Positions 11,148-18,548 of a DNA stretch of 32,000 bases are shown here, piece after piece; positions within the stretch are counted from its first letter, which is position 1, and each line of letters starts with the position of its first letter. This stretch comes from Labilithrix sp. (GTDB lineage: Bacteria; Myxococcota_A; Polyangia; Polyangiales; Polyangiaceae). Under the pieces are notes generated by a model. That model was not told the origin of the DNA, did not search any database, and saw only the letters and a list, made by a program, of their open reading frames with translations. The stretch lies in NCBI GenBank assembly GCA_019637175.1, contig JAHBWD010000035.1:5341-37340 (forward strand), given 5' to 3'. The position numbers and the translations under genes were made by a program.

Positions 11148-13202
11148 TCAACGTCCGGAGGCTCGAGGCGAGACGATCTCCACGCTGAACGAGCCAGAGG
11201 TGGGATCGCAGCCGACGACGCGCGCAGACGCGCGGCGGCCGGCGCGAAGATCGTCGAGGGCGAGCGAGAGCGCGACGCCGTCGGCCGCTTCACTCCGGCC
11301 GAACGTCTCGACGACGCCCGCGAGGTCGTCGCCGTCGCACGCGTCATCCATCGAGGTCGCTCCCACGCGCGCGACGACGCGCGCCCCGACTTCCTCGGCC
11401 CATGATCGCCGCGCGAGGACGAAGCACGCGGCCGCCTCGGCGGGCGCGATGCCGTCGGCGCCGAATCGGTGCGCGTGATCGGCGATCATCCCGGGCGCGA
11501 GCTCGGACGTCGACGAAGCGAAGAGAACGTCGACGTCTCGCCTCGTCGCGAGGAGGTCCGAGGCGGCGACGAACGCGGCGAGCGCGCTGCACGGGCCCGC
11601 GGCGACGACCGAGAGCACGTTGCGCAGGCCGAGCGCGCGCGAGACGGCGCCGGCGGGCGCGTTGAGCACGAGACCCGAGAACGCGGGCGCGGACGCGCGA
11701 TGAAGTCCGCGCGCGCGGATGCTCCCCCAGAACGCGTCGGCGCTCCCCCACGCGAGCCGCGGCGCGCCCGCGACGATCCCGGCGCGATCGCGGAGCGGCC
11801 CTCGGAGGCGGAGCCCGCTGTCGCGGACGGCGAGGACGGCGGCGGCGATCGCGAGCTCGGTGCATCGATCGAGGCCGCGCCGATCGTGTCCGCGGAGCGC
11901 GTCGGCGAGCGCGGCCTCGTCGATCATCGCCGGCTCGATCGACTTCGCCCGAGCGACGAGCGTGCCCGCGCCGACGACGACCACCTCGTCGCGCTCCACG
12001 GGCGCGGCGAGCTTCGGCGCGCGCGCGATCGCCGCAGCCGCGTTGGTGCCTCCGAACGCGAGGCTCAGCGAGAGCGCGCACTCGAAGTCGTGCGCGCGCG
12101 GCGCGCTCGCCGCGACCGGATCGCGCGGGCCGCCGCCGCGATCACCTCGATGATGCAAGGTCGGCGGCACGGCGCGCTCGTTCATGGCGAGGATCGTCGC
12201 GACGATCTCGAGCATGCCGGCGGCGCCGAGAGCGTGCCCGAAGTAGCCCTTCGTCGAGCTGATCGGGATCGCGTCGGCGCGCGCGCCGAGCGCGATCGCC
12301 AGCGCGCGCTGCTCGGCGGCGTCGTTGGCGTCGGTGCCGGTGCCGTGCGCGTTGACGTATCCGACGTCGCCGGGCGCGACGCCCGCGTCGGCGAGCGCGG
12401 CGGAGACCGCGCGCGCGATCCCTGCCCCCGTCGGCTCCGGCGCGGTCGCGTGAAACGCGTCAGCCGACGCGCCGAGGCCGGCGATCACGGCGAACGCGGC
12501 CGCGTCGCCGTCGAGCTCGACGACGACGAACGCCGATCCCTCGCCGACGTTCATCCCGATCGGCTCGCTGAACGGCGCGCACGGAGCGCCGCTCATCGCG
12601 CCCATCGCGGCGAAGCCGGCGAAGAGCTCCTCGACGAGGACGTCGACGCCGCCGACGACGACCGCGTCGGCGCGCCCGCTCTCGAGCATCGCGCGCGCGT
12701 GGAGGAGCGCGTGCACCGACGAGGCGCACGCGGTCGAGACGGTGAGGCGCGGGCCCTCGACGCCGAGCGCGCGCGCCACCGCGTGCGTCTGGAGCTGGAA
12801 CGCGCTCCGCTCGAGCAGCGCGTGGCGGCGCGCGGCGTCGTCCGGCGGCGTGCGGAGCTCGTAGTCCGATCGCGACGAGAGGCCGCCGGCGCTCGTGCCG
12901 ACGACGAGCGCGACGCGCGCGGCGCCACGGCGCTCGAGCACGCGCGACGACGCGACGGCTTCGCGCGCCGAGACGAGCGCGAGCGCGGCGCACGCGTCGG
13001 TTGCTGGGTCGGATGCGCCGATCTCGGCCATCGTCGCCTCGGGGATCGCCGCGGCCACGTGGACGTCGTACTTGCTCGTGTCGAAGCGCTCGACGCGCCG
13101 GATCGCGTGGCTTCCCCGCGCGATCGCCTCCCAGAACGCAGCGCAGCCGACACCAATGGGCGACGCGACGCCCATCCCGGTGACCCGCATCGCCCGCGCC
13201 AT
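11148..13202 (-). CDS. beta-ketoacyl synthase fused to a C-terminal KS-like (CLF-like) half-domain
   Basis: The N-terminal ~400 aa carry the Cys-His-His triad context (TVSTACASS, DAFHATAP, NAHGTGT, SSTKGYFGH). The C-terminal ~270 aa resemble a KS N-terminal domain without the His motifs. Confidence 0.85.
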   Translation of the reverse strand: MARAMRVTGMGVASPIGVGCAAFWEAIARGSHAIRRVERFDTSKYDVHVAAAIPEATMAEIGASDPATDACAALALVSAREAVASSRVLERRGAARVALVVGTSAGGLSSRSDYELRTPPDDAARRHALLERSAFQLQTHAVARALGVEGPRLTVSTACASSVHALLHARAMLESGRADAVVVGGVDVLVEELFAGFAAMGAMSGAPCAPFSEPIGMNVGEGSAFVVVELDGDAAAFAVIAGLGASADAFHATAPEPTGAGIARAVSAALADAGVAPGDVGYVNAHGTGTDANDAAEQRALAIALGARADAIPISSTKGYFGHALGAAGMLEIVATILAMNERAVPPTLHHRGDRGGGPRDPVAASAPRAHDFECALSLSLAFGGTNAAAAIARAPKLAAPVERDEVVVVGAGTLVARAKSIEPAMIDEAALADALRGHDRRGLDRCTELAIAAAVLAVRDSGLRLRGPLRDRAGIVAGAPRLAWGSADAFWGSIRARGLHRASAPAFSGLVLNAPAGAVSRALGLRNVLSVVAAGPCSALAAFVAASDLLATRRDVDVLFASSTSELAPGMIADHAHRFGADGIAPAEAAACFVLARRSWAEEVGARVVARVGATSMDDACDGDDLAGVVETFGRSEAADGVALSLALDDLRAGRRASARVVGCDPTSGSFSVEIVSPRASGR

Positions 13203-13249
13203 CGTCTCCCTATACTTCAGCGTCGGGGGTGCGCGAAGATGAGCTCGTG

Positions 13250-13918
13250 ATGCGCGCGATCGTCTTCTTCTCCCTCGCCTCGCTCGCCGTGCTCTTCGCC
13301 GCCTGCGGCGGAGGCAACCTCGGGCGCTGCACGCAGAGCAACCTTCGCGCGTGCCACGCGCGATGCGAGGCGGGCCACGGCGACGCCTGCGCGATCGCCG
13401 CGTACATCAAGGCCGACGACGAAGAGGCCGGCGAAAAATCGGCCGACGACCAACCCAAGGCGGCGGAGTACTTCCTCAAGAGCTGCCTCCACCGTCACGC
13501 CGTGGGCTGCTACGGCGCCGGCCTCACGTTCATCCTTCGACCGACCCCGAACCTCGAGATGGCGGCGCGCTCGTTCGAGGCCGGCTGCGCGCTCGGTCAC
13601 CTCGACTCGTGCGCGATGCGCTCGGCGTCCCACGAGATGGCGCACAACGAGAACCCCGAGGCGGCGTTCGCCGAGTACGACCGCACGTGCGCCGCGGGCA
13701 GCGCGGTCGGCTGCAGCCTCGCGGGCGATCGCCTCGTCGCGGGGCGCAACATGGCGCGCGACGAGGCGCTGGGCGCGCGCTTCCTCGCGCGCGCGTGCGA
13801 TCTCGGCGAGTCGTCGGCGTGCGAGCGGCTGAAGGCGCGAACGCAGAAGCTCTCGCCGATCGCGACCGACGGAGGCGCCGAGGCCGCCGCCGGCGACGCG
13901 AGCGTTCCCTCCGAATGA
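13250..13918 (+). CDS. Sel1-like / Hcp-type cysteine-rich repeat lipoprotein
   Basis: MRAIVFFSLASLAVLFAAC lipobox. Five repeats each carry paired Cys (e.g. FLKSCLHRHAVGC, FEAGCALGHLDSC, FLARACDLGESSAC). The listed start at 13229 is a GTG extension. Confidence 0.75.
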   Translation: MRAIVFFSLASLAVLFAACGGGNLGRCTQSNLRACHARCEAGHGDACAIAAYIKADDEEAGEKSADDQPKAAEYFLKSCLHRHAVGCYGAGLTFILRPTPNLEMAARSFEAGCALGHLDSCAMRSASHEMAHNENPEAAFAEYDRTCAAGSAVGCSLAGDRLVAGRNMARDEALGARFLARACDLGESSACERLKARTQKLSPIATDGGAEAAAGDASVPSE

Positions 13919-14024
13919 GCCTTGGCGAGAGAGCGCGGTAGCAGCGCGCACGAGCTTCCCAAGAATCTCGTTTGAAGCGTGTCTCATCGGAGCGTCGGAT
14001 CGATCACTTTCGTGATTTAAAACC

Positions 14025-14053
14025 TTGCGAAGGCCGAAACGGCGCGCTATAGC
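14025..14053 (+). promoter_or_regulatory. candidate sigma-70-type promoter (TTGCGA-N17-TATAGC)
   Basis: Hexamers with a 17-nt spacer read directly, in a locally AT-richer stretch. No experimental support. Confidence 0.3.
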
Positions 14054-14438
14054 TTGAATGCCGCTCCCGTCTGGAGCGTCGAAGAGCAGCAACCAGAACC
14101 TCCAGGAGGCCGCGGAAAGCCCGCGGTGACTGCCCCGTGATCCTCTCCCTTCAACGAACCTGTACGGAATCGCGAGCGCTGACGCGCTTGGCCGGTCTCC
14201 GTGCGGGCTTCGTGGGGCGAGGTCTTCGGCAGGCCTCGCTCCCGTGGCATCGGGCGTATCGCTCGCGCCTCGTCTCCGTCCCCGTCTTCGGCGGCAGCTC
14301 CGGTTTCATCACGAAGCCTGGGCGCCGCATGTCCACCCTCACCTCGATCTCGCTCGATCCGAGCGCGAATGCAGAGCAGGAGGGATCCCCCTAGCGGTCC
14401 TCGTACCATCTCCTTCACAGGGAGCAGGTGTCGAAAGG

Positions 14439-14467
14439 CCGCCCGGGGTTACCCCGAGGCGGTTTTC
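14439..14467 (+). terminator. hairpin plus short T-run (possible intrinsic terminator)
   Basis: ccgcccgggg-tta-ccccgaggcgg followed by tttt. Confidence 0.45.
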
Positions 14468-14757
14468 GTCGTTTCTGCCCCTCGATTTGCGGCGCCTTCC
14501 CAACGCCCAGCCCTAGACGGCTGGGCCCGGAGCGGCGCGGATCGGCGCCCTTGGCGCCCCATCGCGGTCGATCGCGCGGTCCTCTGGCCTCGCGCTCGCG
14601 CTCTGGACGGCAAGGGAGATCGCAGCCCGAAGGTCGGCGCCCCGCTCGGGGTTCGCCGAAACAGTACGAGTTTGTCTAGGAGAATCAATCATGCTTCTCA
14701 AGCTTGGAATCTAGTCATGAAGGCCCGACTCAAACGTAGTTCTTTCGTCCGCCACGC

Positions 14758-14831
14758 GGGACGCTAGCTCAATCGGAACGAGCACCGGGCTTTTACCCCG
14801 AGGGATGAGGGTTCGACTCCCTCGCGTCCCA
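14758..14831 (+). tRNA. tRNA-Lys(TTT)
   Basis: Acceptor gggacgc/gcgtccc. D stem gctc/gagc. Anticodon loop ctTTTac. T-loop ttcgact. No encoded CCA. Confidence 0.8.
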
Positions 14832-14887
14832 CAGCCTCCGTCCGTCTTCTCTCTCTCGTTCACGCGCTCTCACGAGCGCGCGATCGC

Positions 14888-14961
14888 GGGTCCGTAGCGC
14901 AACCGGCAAGCGCACTCGACTCTTAATCGAGGTGGTGAGGGTTCGAGTCCCTCCGGACCTA
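14888..14961 (+). tRNA. tRNA-Lys(CTT)
   Basis: Acceptor gggtccg/cggacct. Anticodon stem ctcga/tcgag, loop ctCTTaa. T-loop ttcgagt. Confidence 0.8.
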
Positions 14962-14984
14962 CGGGCGACGTCCGTCGCCGACAC

Positions 14985-15059
14985 TCCGGGATCGTCTAGC
15001 TGGCAGGACACTGGCCTCTGAACCCAGAAACACAGGTTCGAATCCTGTGCCCGGAACCA
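14985..15059 (+). tRNA. tRNA-Gln(CTG)
   Basis: Acceptor tccggga/gcccgga (7-66 mismatch). Loop ctCTGaa. T-loop ttcgaat. CCA encoded. Confidence 0.65.
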
Positions 15060-15163
15060 AGGCTCTCCTCTTTCGAGGGAGCCCTCGCTCTCTGAAAACT
15101 TGGCGCCAATCGACTCGTCCGCGCGCGCGGAGCGCGAGCTTCACGCTCGCGGGCGAGTCTCAT

Positions 15164-15236
15164 TCCAGCGAAGCCGAATGGTCAGGCAGCCGGCTGTTAA
15201 CCGGTCCCTTCGAAGGTTCGATTCCTTCCGCTGGAG
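15164..15236 (+). tRNA. tRNA-Asn(GTT)
   Basis: Acceptor tccagcg/cgctgga. Anticodon stem gccgg/ccggt, loop ctGTTaa. T-loop ttcgatt. Confidence 0.75.
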
Positions 15237-15239
15237 CTC

Positions 15240-15371
15240 TCGCCCTCTCGGCAGAGGCCCTACACGCACCTGGTGATGCTGGTTCGACTCCAGCCCACGG
15301 CTTCGGCCGCGGTCGTCCAACGGCAGGACCCCCGAATGTCAATCGGAACGACGGCTTCTCCACTCGGGCGA
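15240..15371 (+). ncRNA. structured module A: permuted tRNA-like RNA (candidate Y RNA)
   Basis: Closing stem tcgccc/gggcga. Box ccctacacgca at 15258-15268. The order is then: T-arm gctgg-ttcgact-ccagc; acceptor 3' strand ccacggc; ttcg loop; acceptor 5' strand gccgcgg; D-arm gtcc/ggac; hairpin with loop atGTCaa. Confidence 0.5.
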
Positions 15372-15376
15372 AAACT

Positions 15377-15447
15377 GCCCATGTAACTCGATGGTCGAGC
15401 ACCCGCCTCGTACGCGGTGTGAGCCGGTTCGACTCCGGACGTGGGCT
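15377..15447 (+). tRNA. tRNA-Thr(CGT)
   Basis: Acceptor gcccatg/cgtgggc. Loop ctCGTac. T-loop ttcgact. Confidence 0.7.
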
Positions 15448-15452
15448 CTCGT

Positions 15453-15618
15453 TTCATCCACCCGAACAGACCCTACACGCAAAAACAAAGTTGGTTCGAC
15501 TCCAACCGCCTACCCCGACGGCCCTGCAAGGCCGTCTCGCATCACGGTGGGCGTAGCCTAACGGTAAGGCAATCGTTTATTGGACGATAATCCCACCCGG
15601 TTTGCTCACTCGGATGGA
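15453..15618 (+). ncRNA. structured module B: permuted tRNA-like RNA (candidate Y RNA)
   Basis: Closing stem ttcatcc/ggatgga. Box ccctacacgca. T-arm gttgg-ttcgact-ccaac. An 8-bp acceptor-like stem cgcctacc/ggtgggcg is capped by a 31-nt insert containing its own hairpin. D-arm gcc/ggc. Hairpin atcgt-ttattgg-acgat. Confidence 0.5.
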
Positions 15619-15796
15619 ACGCATCCTCTCCCCGCCGCGTACGGCGGGTCCCCTTTCAATCCGGCCGCTATAACGTTGCGCCTCGCGCGCAGCCCCGCCG
15701 TCGGATCCTGCCCCGCCGCGAGCTTCGTCGGCGCGGGTCTCGTCTCATCAGGAGGCTGGCGCGTGAGCGCAAGCCGCGCCGCCTCCGACCTCTTCC

Positions 15797-15868
15797 GCCC
15801 ACGCAGCTCGAGAGCCGAGCGTCCTGGCTTGTACCCAGGAAGATCTGGTGCGACTCCAGACGTGGGCT
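15797..15868 (+). tRNA. tRNA-Thr(TGT), non-canonical elbow
   Basis: Acceptor gcccacg/cgtgggc. Anticodon stem cctgg/ccagg, loop ctTGTac. T-loop tgcgact (G55). D-loop gagagcc lacks GG. Confidence 0.6.
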
Positions 15869-15883
15869 CCGCCGAAATCCTCT

Positions 15884-15958
15884 ACCCCCGTCATCTAGCG
15901 GCAAGGAGCTCCGTCTTTCAATCGGAGGGCGTCGGTTCGAATCCGATCGGGGGTGCCA
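15884..15958 (+). tRNA. tRNA-Glu(TTC)
   Basis: Acceptor acccccg/cgggggt. Loop ctTTCaa. T-loop ttcgaat. CCA encoded. Weak D stem. Confidence 0.7.
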
Positions 15959-16034
15959 GGGCTGTGAGCTGGTCGCAGGATAGCGTCTGCCTGAAGAGCA
16001 GAAGAACGTGGTGCAAGCCCACGACAGCCCACCA
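15959..16034 (+). tRNA. tRNA-Phe(GAA)
   Basis: Starts directly after the preceding CCA. Acceptor gggctgt/acagccc. Anticodon stem tctgc/gcaga, loop ctGAAga. T-loop tgcaagc (G55). CCA encoded. Confidence 0.7.
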
Positions 16035-16116
16035 TCGAAAGCTCGATATCGTCGATATCGAAGAACGACGAACATCGCACTTGCAAAGTGAGGTAGCGAG
16101 ACACATATGAATGTAC

Positions 16117-16189
16117 GGTGGCGTTACTCGTCTAGTGACGAGGACTGGCCGTGACCCAGTGGAGGCGGGTGCAATCCCCGTACGTCACC
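16117..16189 (+). tRNA. tRNA-His(GTG) with G-1, C33 and G55
   Basis: G-1 lies opposite C73. Acceptor gtggcgt/acgtcac. Anticodon stem actgg/ccagt, loop ccGTGac. T-loop tgcaatc. D-loop tctagtga. Confidence 0.7.
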
Positions 16190-16326
16190 CCTCAGCCGCC
16201 GAGCTTCGTTCGGCGACTTCGTCCCTCTCTCGTGGGAGCTTCGCTCCCCTCATCGGCGAAGCCGATGAGCCTCCTCTCCTTCGCCTGCGGCGAAACCGAG
16301 CTTCGCTCGGCAGGAGAGGCATCCAG

Positions 16327-16398
16327 GTCCTCGTGGCCGAGCGGATAGGCAGCGGTTTCCTAAACCGCCACAGGCAGGTTCGAGTCCTGCCGGGGACG
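16327..16398 (+). tRNA. tRNA-Arg(CCT)
   Basis: Acceptor gtcctcg/cggggac. Anticodon stem gcggt/accgc, loop ttCCTaa. T-loop ttcgagt. Confidence 0.75.
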
Positions 16399-16423
16399 CG
16401 ACACGCAACGAAACGATTCTCAC

Positions 16424-16495
16424 GCCTCGTGATGCGCCCGGCGGCGCAACCCCACTGTCTATGGGACGAGACGGGTTCGACTCCCGTACGAGGCG
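16424..16495 (+). tRNA. tRNA-Asp(GTC)
   Basis: Acceptor gcctcgt/acgaggc. D stem tgcg/cgca. Loop ctGTCta. T-loop ttcgact. Confidence 0.75.
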
Positions 16496-16501
16496 CTGCA
16501 T

Positions 16502-16575
16502 GCGTCGCAGAGTCATGGTGACCGGCCGAGCCTCCAAAACTCGGAGAGAGGGTTCGATTCCTTCGCGACGTGCCA
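16502..16575 (+). tRNA. tRNA-Trp(CCA)
   Basis: Acceptor gcgtcgc/gcgacgt. Loop ctCCAaa with a 31-39 C-A mismatch. T-loop ttcgatt. CCA encoded. Poor D-arm. Confidence 0.65.
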
Positions 16576-16588
16576 GAGGTGACCGTTC

Positions 16589-16792
16589 ATGACGACCTGC
16601 ACCTTCTGCTCGGGCCCCGCGCATCCCTCCACGGGCTGCGTGTACGGACCGAGAACCCTCGCGTGCCGCGCGTGCACCGTCCGCTTCTGGACGTGGCTCC
16701 GCCAGCACGTGAACAAGGCTCCTCGCCGCCGCCCTGGCCGCGTGGTCCCTTCCCTCACGTTCTACGAGGCCGCCACGAAGTGGCGAGCCTAG
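16589..16792 (+). CDS. small Cys-rich (zinc-ribbon-like) hypothetical protein
   Basis: 67 aa. CxxC...C...CxxC pattern (CTFC, C17, CRAC). GAGGTG Shine-Dalgarno-like sequence about 8 nt upstream of the ATG. Sits between tRNA-Trp and tRNA-Ala. Confidence 0.55.
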   Translation: MTTCTFCSGPAHPSTGCVYGPRTLACRACTVRFWTWLRQHVNKAPRRRPGRVVPSLTFYEAATKWRA

Positions 16793-16816
16793 GCCGACGG
16801 ACCTCCGCGGCCATCT

Positions 16817-16890
16817 GGGGCGGTATTTCAATAGGAGAATTCTGCTCTCGCACAGCAGGGATCGGGGTGCAATTCCCCGTCGCTCCACCA
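16817..16890 (+). tRNA. tRNA-Ala(CGC)
   Basis: Acceptor ggggcgg/tcgctcc with G3-U70. Anticodon stem ctgct/agcag, loop ctCGCac. T-loop tgcaatt (G55). CCA encoded. Confidence 0.7.
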
Positions 16891-16902
16891 GACATCACGA
16901 AT

Positions 16903-16975
16903 GGGGTCGTAGCTCAGCCAGGAGAGCATCTCGATGGCATCGAGAAGGTTGCCGGTGCAATTCCGGTCGACTCCA
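16903..16975 (+). tRNA. tRNA-Ala(GGC)
   Basis: Acceptor ggggtcg/cgactcc with G3-U70. Anticodon stem tctcg/cgaga, loop atGGCat. T-loop tgcaatt (G55). Confidence 0.75.
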
Positions 16976-17003
16976 CGAAGTACATATTCACGAATACCCA
17001 TAC

Positions 17004-17078
17004 GCTGGCATCGTCCAAGAGTGAGGACCTCAGTCTTCCAAACTGATGATGAGGGTGCGAATCCCTCTGCCCGCTCCA
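17004..17078 (+). tRNA. tRNA-Gly(TCC)
   Basis: Acceptor gctggca/tgcccgc (3-70 mismatch). D stem gtcc/ggac with loop aagagtga. Loop ctTCCaa. T-loop tgcgaat (G55). U73 and CCA present. Confidence 0.7.
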
Positions 17079-17231
17079 CTCTCCTCTTCCCCTGCTCTTC
17101 TGGCCCCGGCGCGCTCCGCGCGACGGTTCGCCGAAGGCGAAAGGGGGGAGGACTCCACGCGCAGCGTGGAGGGGGGACGCAGTCCCCCACGAGACAGAAG
17201 GAAACGAGAGCGCGCAGCGCTCTCGCTTTTC

Positions 17232-17302
17232 GAGCCGATTCTCTGAGAGGTCCGTGGTCTGCAAAACCGCGTATGAGGGTTTGATTCCCTCTCGGCTCTC
17301 CA
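17232..17302 (+). tRNA. tRNA-Cys(GCA)
   Basis: Acceptor gagccga/tcggctc. Anticodon stem gtggt/accgc, loop ctGCAaa. T-loop tttgatt (U56). U73 and CCA present. Weak D-arm. Confidence 0.65.
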
Positions 17303-17322
17303 AAAAGGAAATCATGACGAGC

Positions 17323-17395
17323 GGATCACGACGGGATGGTTACCCTGGGCTCTCTGATAAGGAGCCTGCACCGTGTTCGATTCACGGGTGATCCA
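17323..17395 (+). tRNA. tRNA-Ile(GAT)
   Basis: Acceptor ggatcac/gtgatcc. D stem cggg/cctg. Loop ctGATaa. T-loop ttcgatt. Confidence 0.8.
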
Positions 17396-17415
17396 CGACG
17401 AGCTCCACGAGAGAT

Positions 17416-17488
17416 GCGGCGCTGGCGGTCTAGTGACTGCGCTTGCTCGACAAGCAGGAACAGGCGGGTGCGATCCCCGCGCGCCGTA
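17416..17488 (+). tRNA. tRNA-Val(GAC) with C33 and G55
   Basis: Acceptor gcggcgc/gcgccgt. D stem gcgg/ctgc with loop tctagtga. Anticodon stem cttgc/gcagg, loop tcGACaa. T-loop tgcgatc. Confidence 0.65.
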
Positions 17489-17495
17489 CCGAGAG

Positions 17496-17567
17496 CTGGG
17501 CATAGTTCAGAGGCCAGATCACTCCCCTCGGAAGGGAGAGACGGAGGTTCGAGTCCTCCTGCCCAGA
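17496..17567 (+). tRNA. tRNA-Pro(CGG)
   Basis: C1-G72 acceptor ctgggca/tgcccag. Anticodon stem ctccc/gggag, loop ctCGGaa. T-loop ttcgagt. A73. Confidence 0.8.
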
Positions 17568-17577
17568 CTGATTTCAC

Positions 17578-17650
17578 GCCGATGTAGCCCAATAGGCAGA
17601 GGTACCCGTCTCAGAAACGGGGGGTGAGGGTTCGAATCCCTCCTTCGGCA
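17578..17650 (+). tRNA. class-I (short variable loop) tRNA with Leu anticodon CAG
   Basis: Acceptor gccgatg/cttcggc (6-67 mismatch). D-arm gcccaataggcagagg. Anticodon stem cccgt/acggg, loop ctCAGaa. Only 4-5 nt variable region. T-loop ttcgaat. A73. Confidence 0.55.
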
Positions 17651-17666
17651 CTACGTCTCTCGAAAT

Positions 17667-17750
17667 GTCACCGTGGTGGAACGGCATACACACCAGCTTG
17701 AGGTGCTGGGCTCCCTACGGAGTGTGAGGGTTCGAATCCCTCCGGTGACA
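17667..17750 (+). tRNA. tRNA-Leu(GAG), class II
   Basis: Acceptor gtcaccg/cggtgac. Anticodon stem ccagc/gctgg, loop ttGAGgt. Long variable arm ctcc-ctac-ggag. T-loop ttcgaat. Confidence 0.8.
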
Positions 17751-17843
17751 CTACTGGCGCGCGCATCCCCGAAACGACTCTTCTCTGCTGATCCCGAACC
17801 TTGCTCCTCGAAGGAGATGAAAGTGAAAAAGCGAAGGTGACCC

Positions 17844-18377
17844 ATGCAAACGCTGATGCTGACCCCGTGGATGGCGCCGCACAAGATCATCTCGTGGCAA
17901 CGCGCCGTCGTTCTCGCGTACCTCGGCAAGGTCGAGGTCATCGAGACTTGGGACTGCGATCTCCGCGGCCCCAGCGTCTCGATGAAGGCGCCGTCCGTCG
18001 TGCGTCTCACGAAGGGGTCGGTCTCGACGAAGCAGTCGGTGCGCTTCTCGCGCATCAACGTCTTCACGCGTGACAAGTTCCGCTGCCAGTACTGCGGCGA
18101 GCGGAAGCCCATCAAGCAACTGAACTACGACCACGTGATCCCGCGCGTGCGCGGCGGAAAGACGGTCTGGGAGAACATCGTCACTTCCTGCTACGCGTGC
18201 AACGATCGCAAGGGGAGCCGCACTCCCGAGGAGGCCGGCATGAAGCTGCTCCGCAAGCCGCTCAAGCCGGACACCCTCCCCGTGGTGCCGCCGATCCGCC
18301 TCGACGAGGGTGACCTGCCCGAGCAATGGGAGCCGTACTGCGGCGACCTGGCTCGGCTGATGTCCCTCTCGGCGTGA
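17844..18377 (+). CDS. HNH endonuclease (small McrA-like family)
   Basis: 177 aa. CQYCG...YDHVIPRVRGGKTVWENIVTSCYACNDRK, an HNH/ββα-Me motif with two CxxC pairs. AAGGTGA Shine-Dalgarno upstream of the ATG. Confidence 0.85.
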   Translation: MQTLMLTPWMAPHKIISWQRAVVLAYLGKVEVIETWDCDLRGPSVSMKAPSVVRLTKGSVSTKQSVRFSRINVFTRDKFRCQYCGERKPIKQLNYDHVIPRVRGGKTVWENIVTSCYACNDRKGSRTPEEAGMKLLRKPLKPDTLPVVPPIRLDEGDLPEQWEPYCGDLARLMSLSA

Positions 18378-18460
18378 AAGCGCTGCGCCCGTCATCCGAC
18401 GTGCGCTCCCGCGTCCTGGCCCAAGACGAAATAAACTGGGCCTCCTATTCTTCAAACGAT

Positions 18461-18535
18461 CAGGGCGTAGCTTAGCCTGGCAAAAGCGTCAGTCTGGGGG
18501 ACTGAAGAGCGCAGGTTCGAATCCTGCCGTCCTGA
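18461..18535 (+). tRNA. tRNA-Pro(GGG)
   Basis: Acceptor cagggcg/cgtcctg. D stem gctt/aagc. Anticodon stem tcagt/actga, loop ctGGGgg. T-loop ttcgaat. Confidence 0.8.
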
Positions 18536-18548
18536 CTACGTCGATATC

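Noticed and set aside
14060-14467. RNase P RNA, SRP RNA or 6S RNA in the ORF-poor region before the array
   Set aside because: The conserved signatures I know are absent on both strands. These are GGAAAGTCCGG and ACAGAA..CGGCTTA for RNase P, and AGGTCCGGAAGGAAGCAGC for SRP.
16399-16410. cgacacgcaacg as a fifth copy of the CCTACACGCAA box
   Set aside because: Only 8 nt match. There is no CCCGAAC element and no complementary closing stem around it. It is probably chance, or a remnant.
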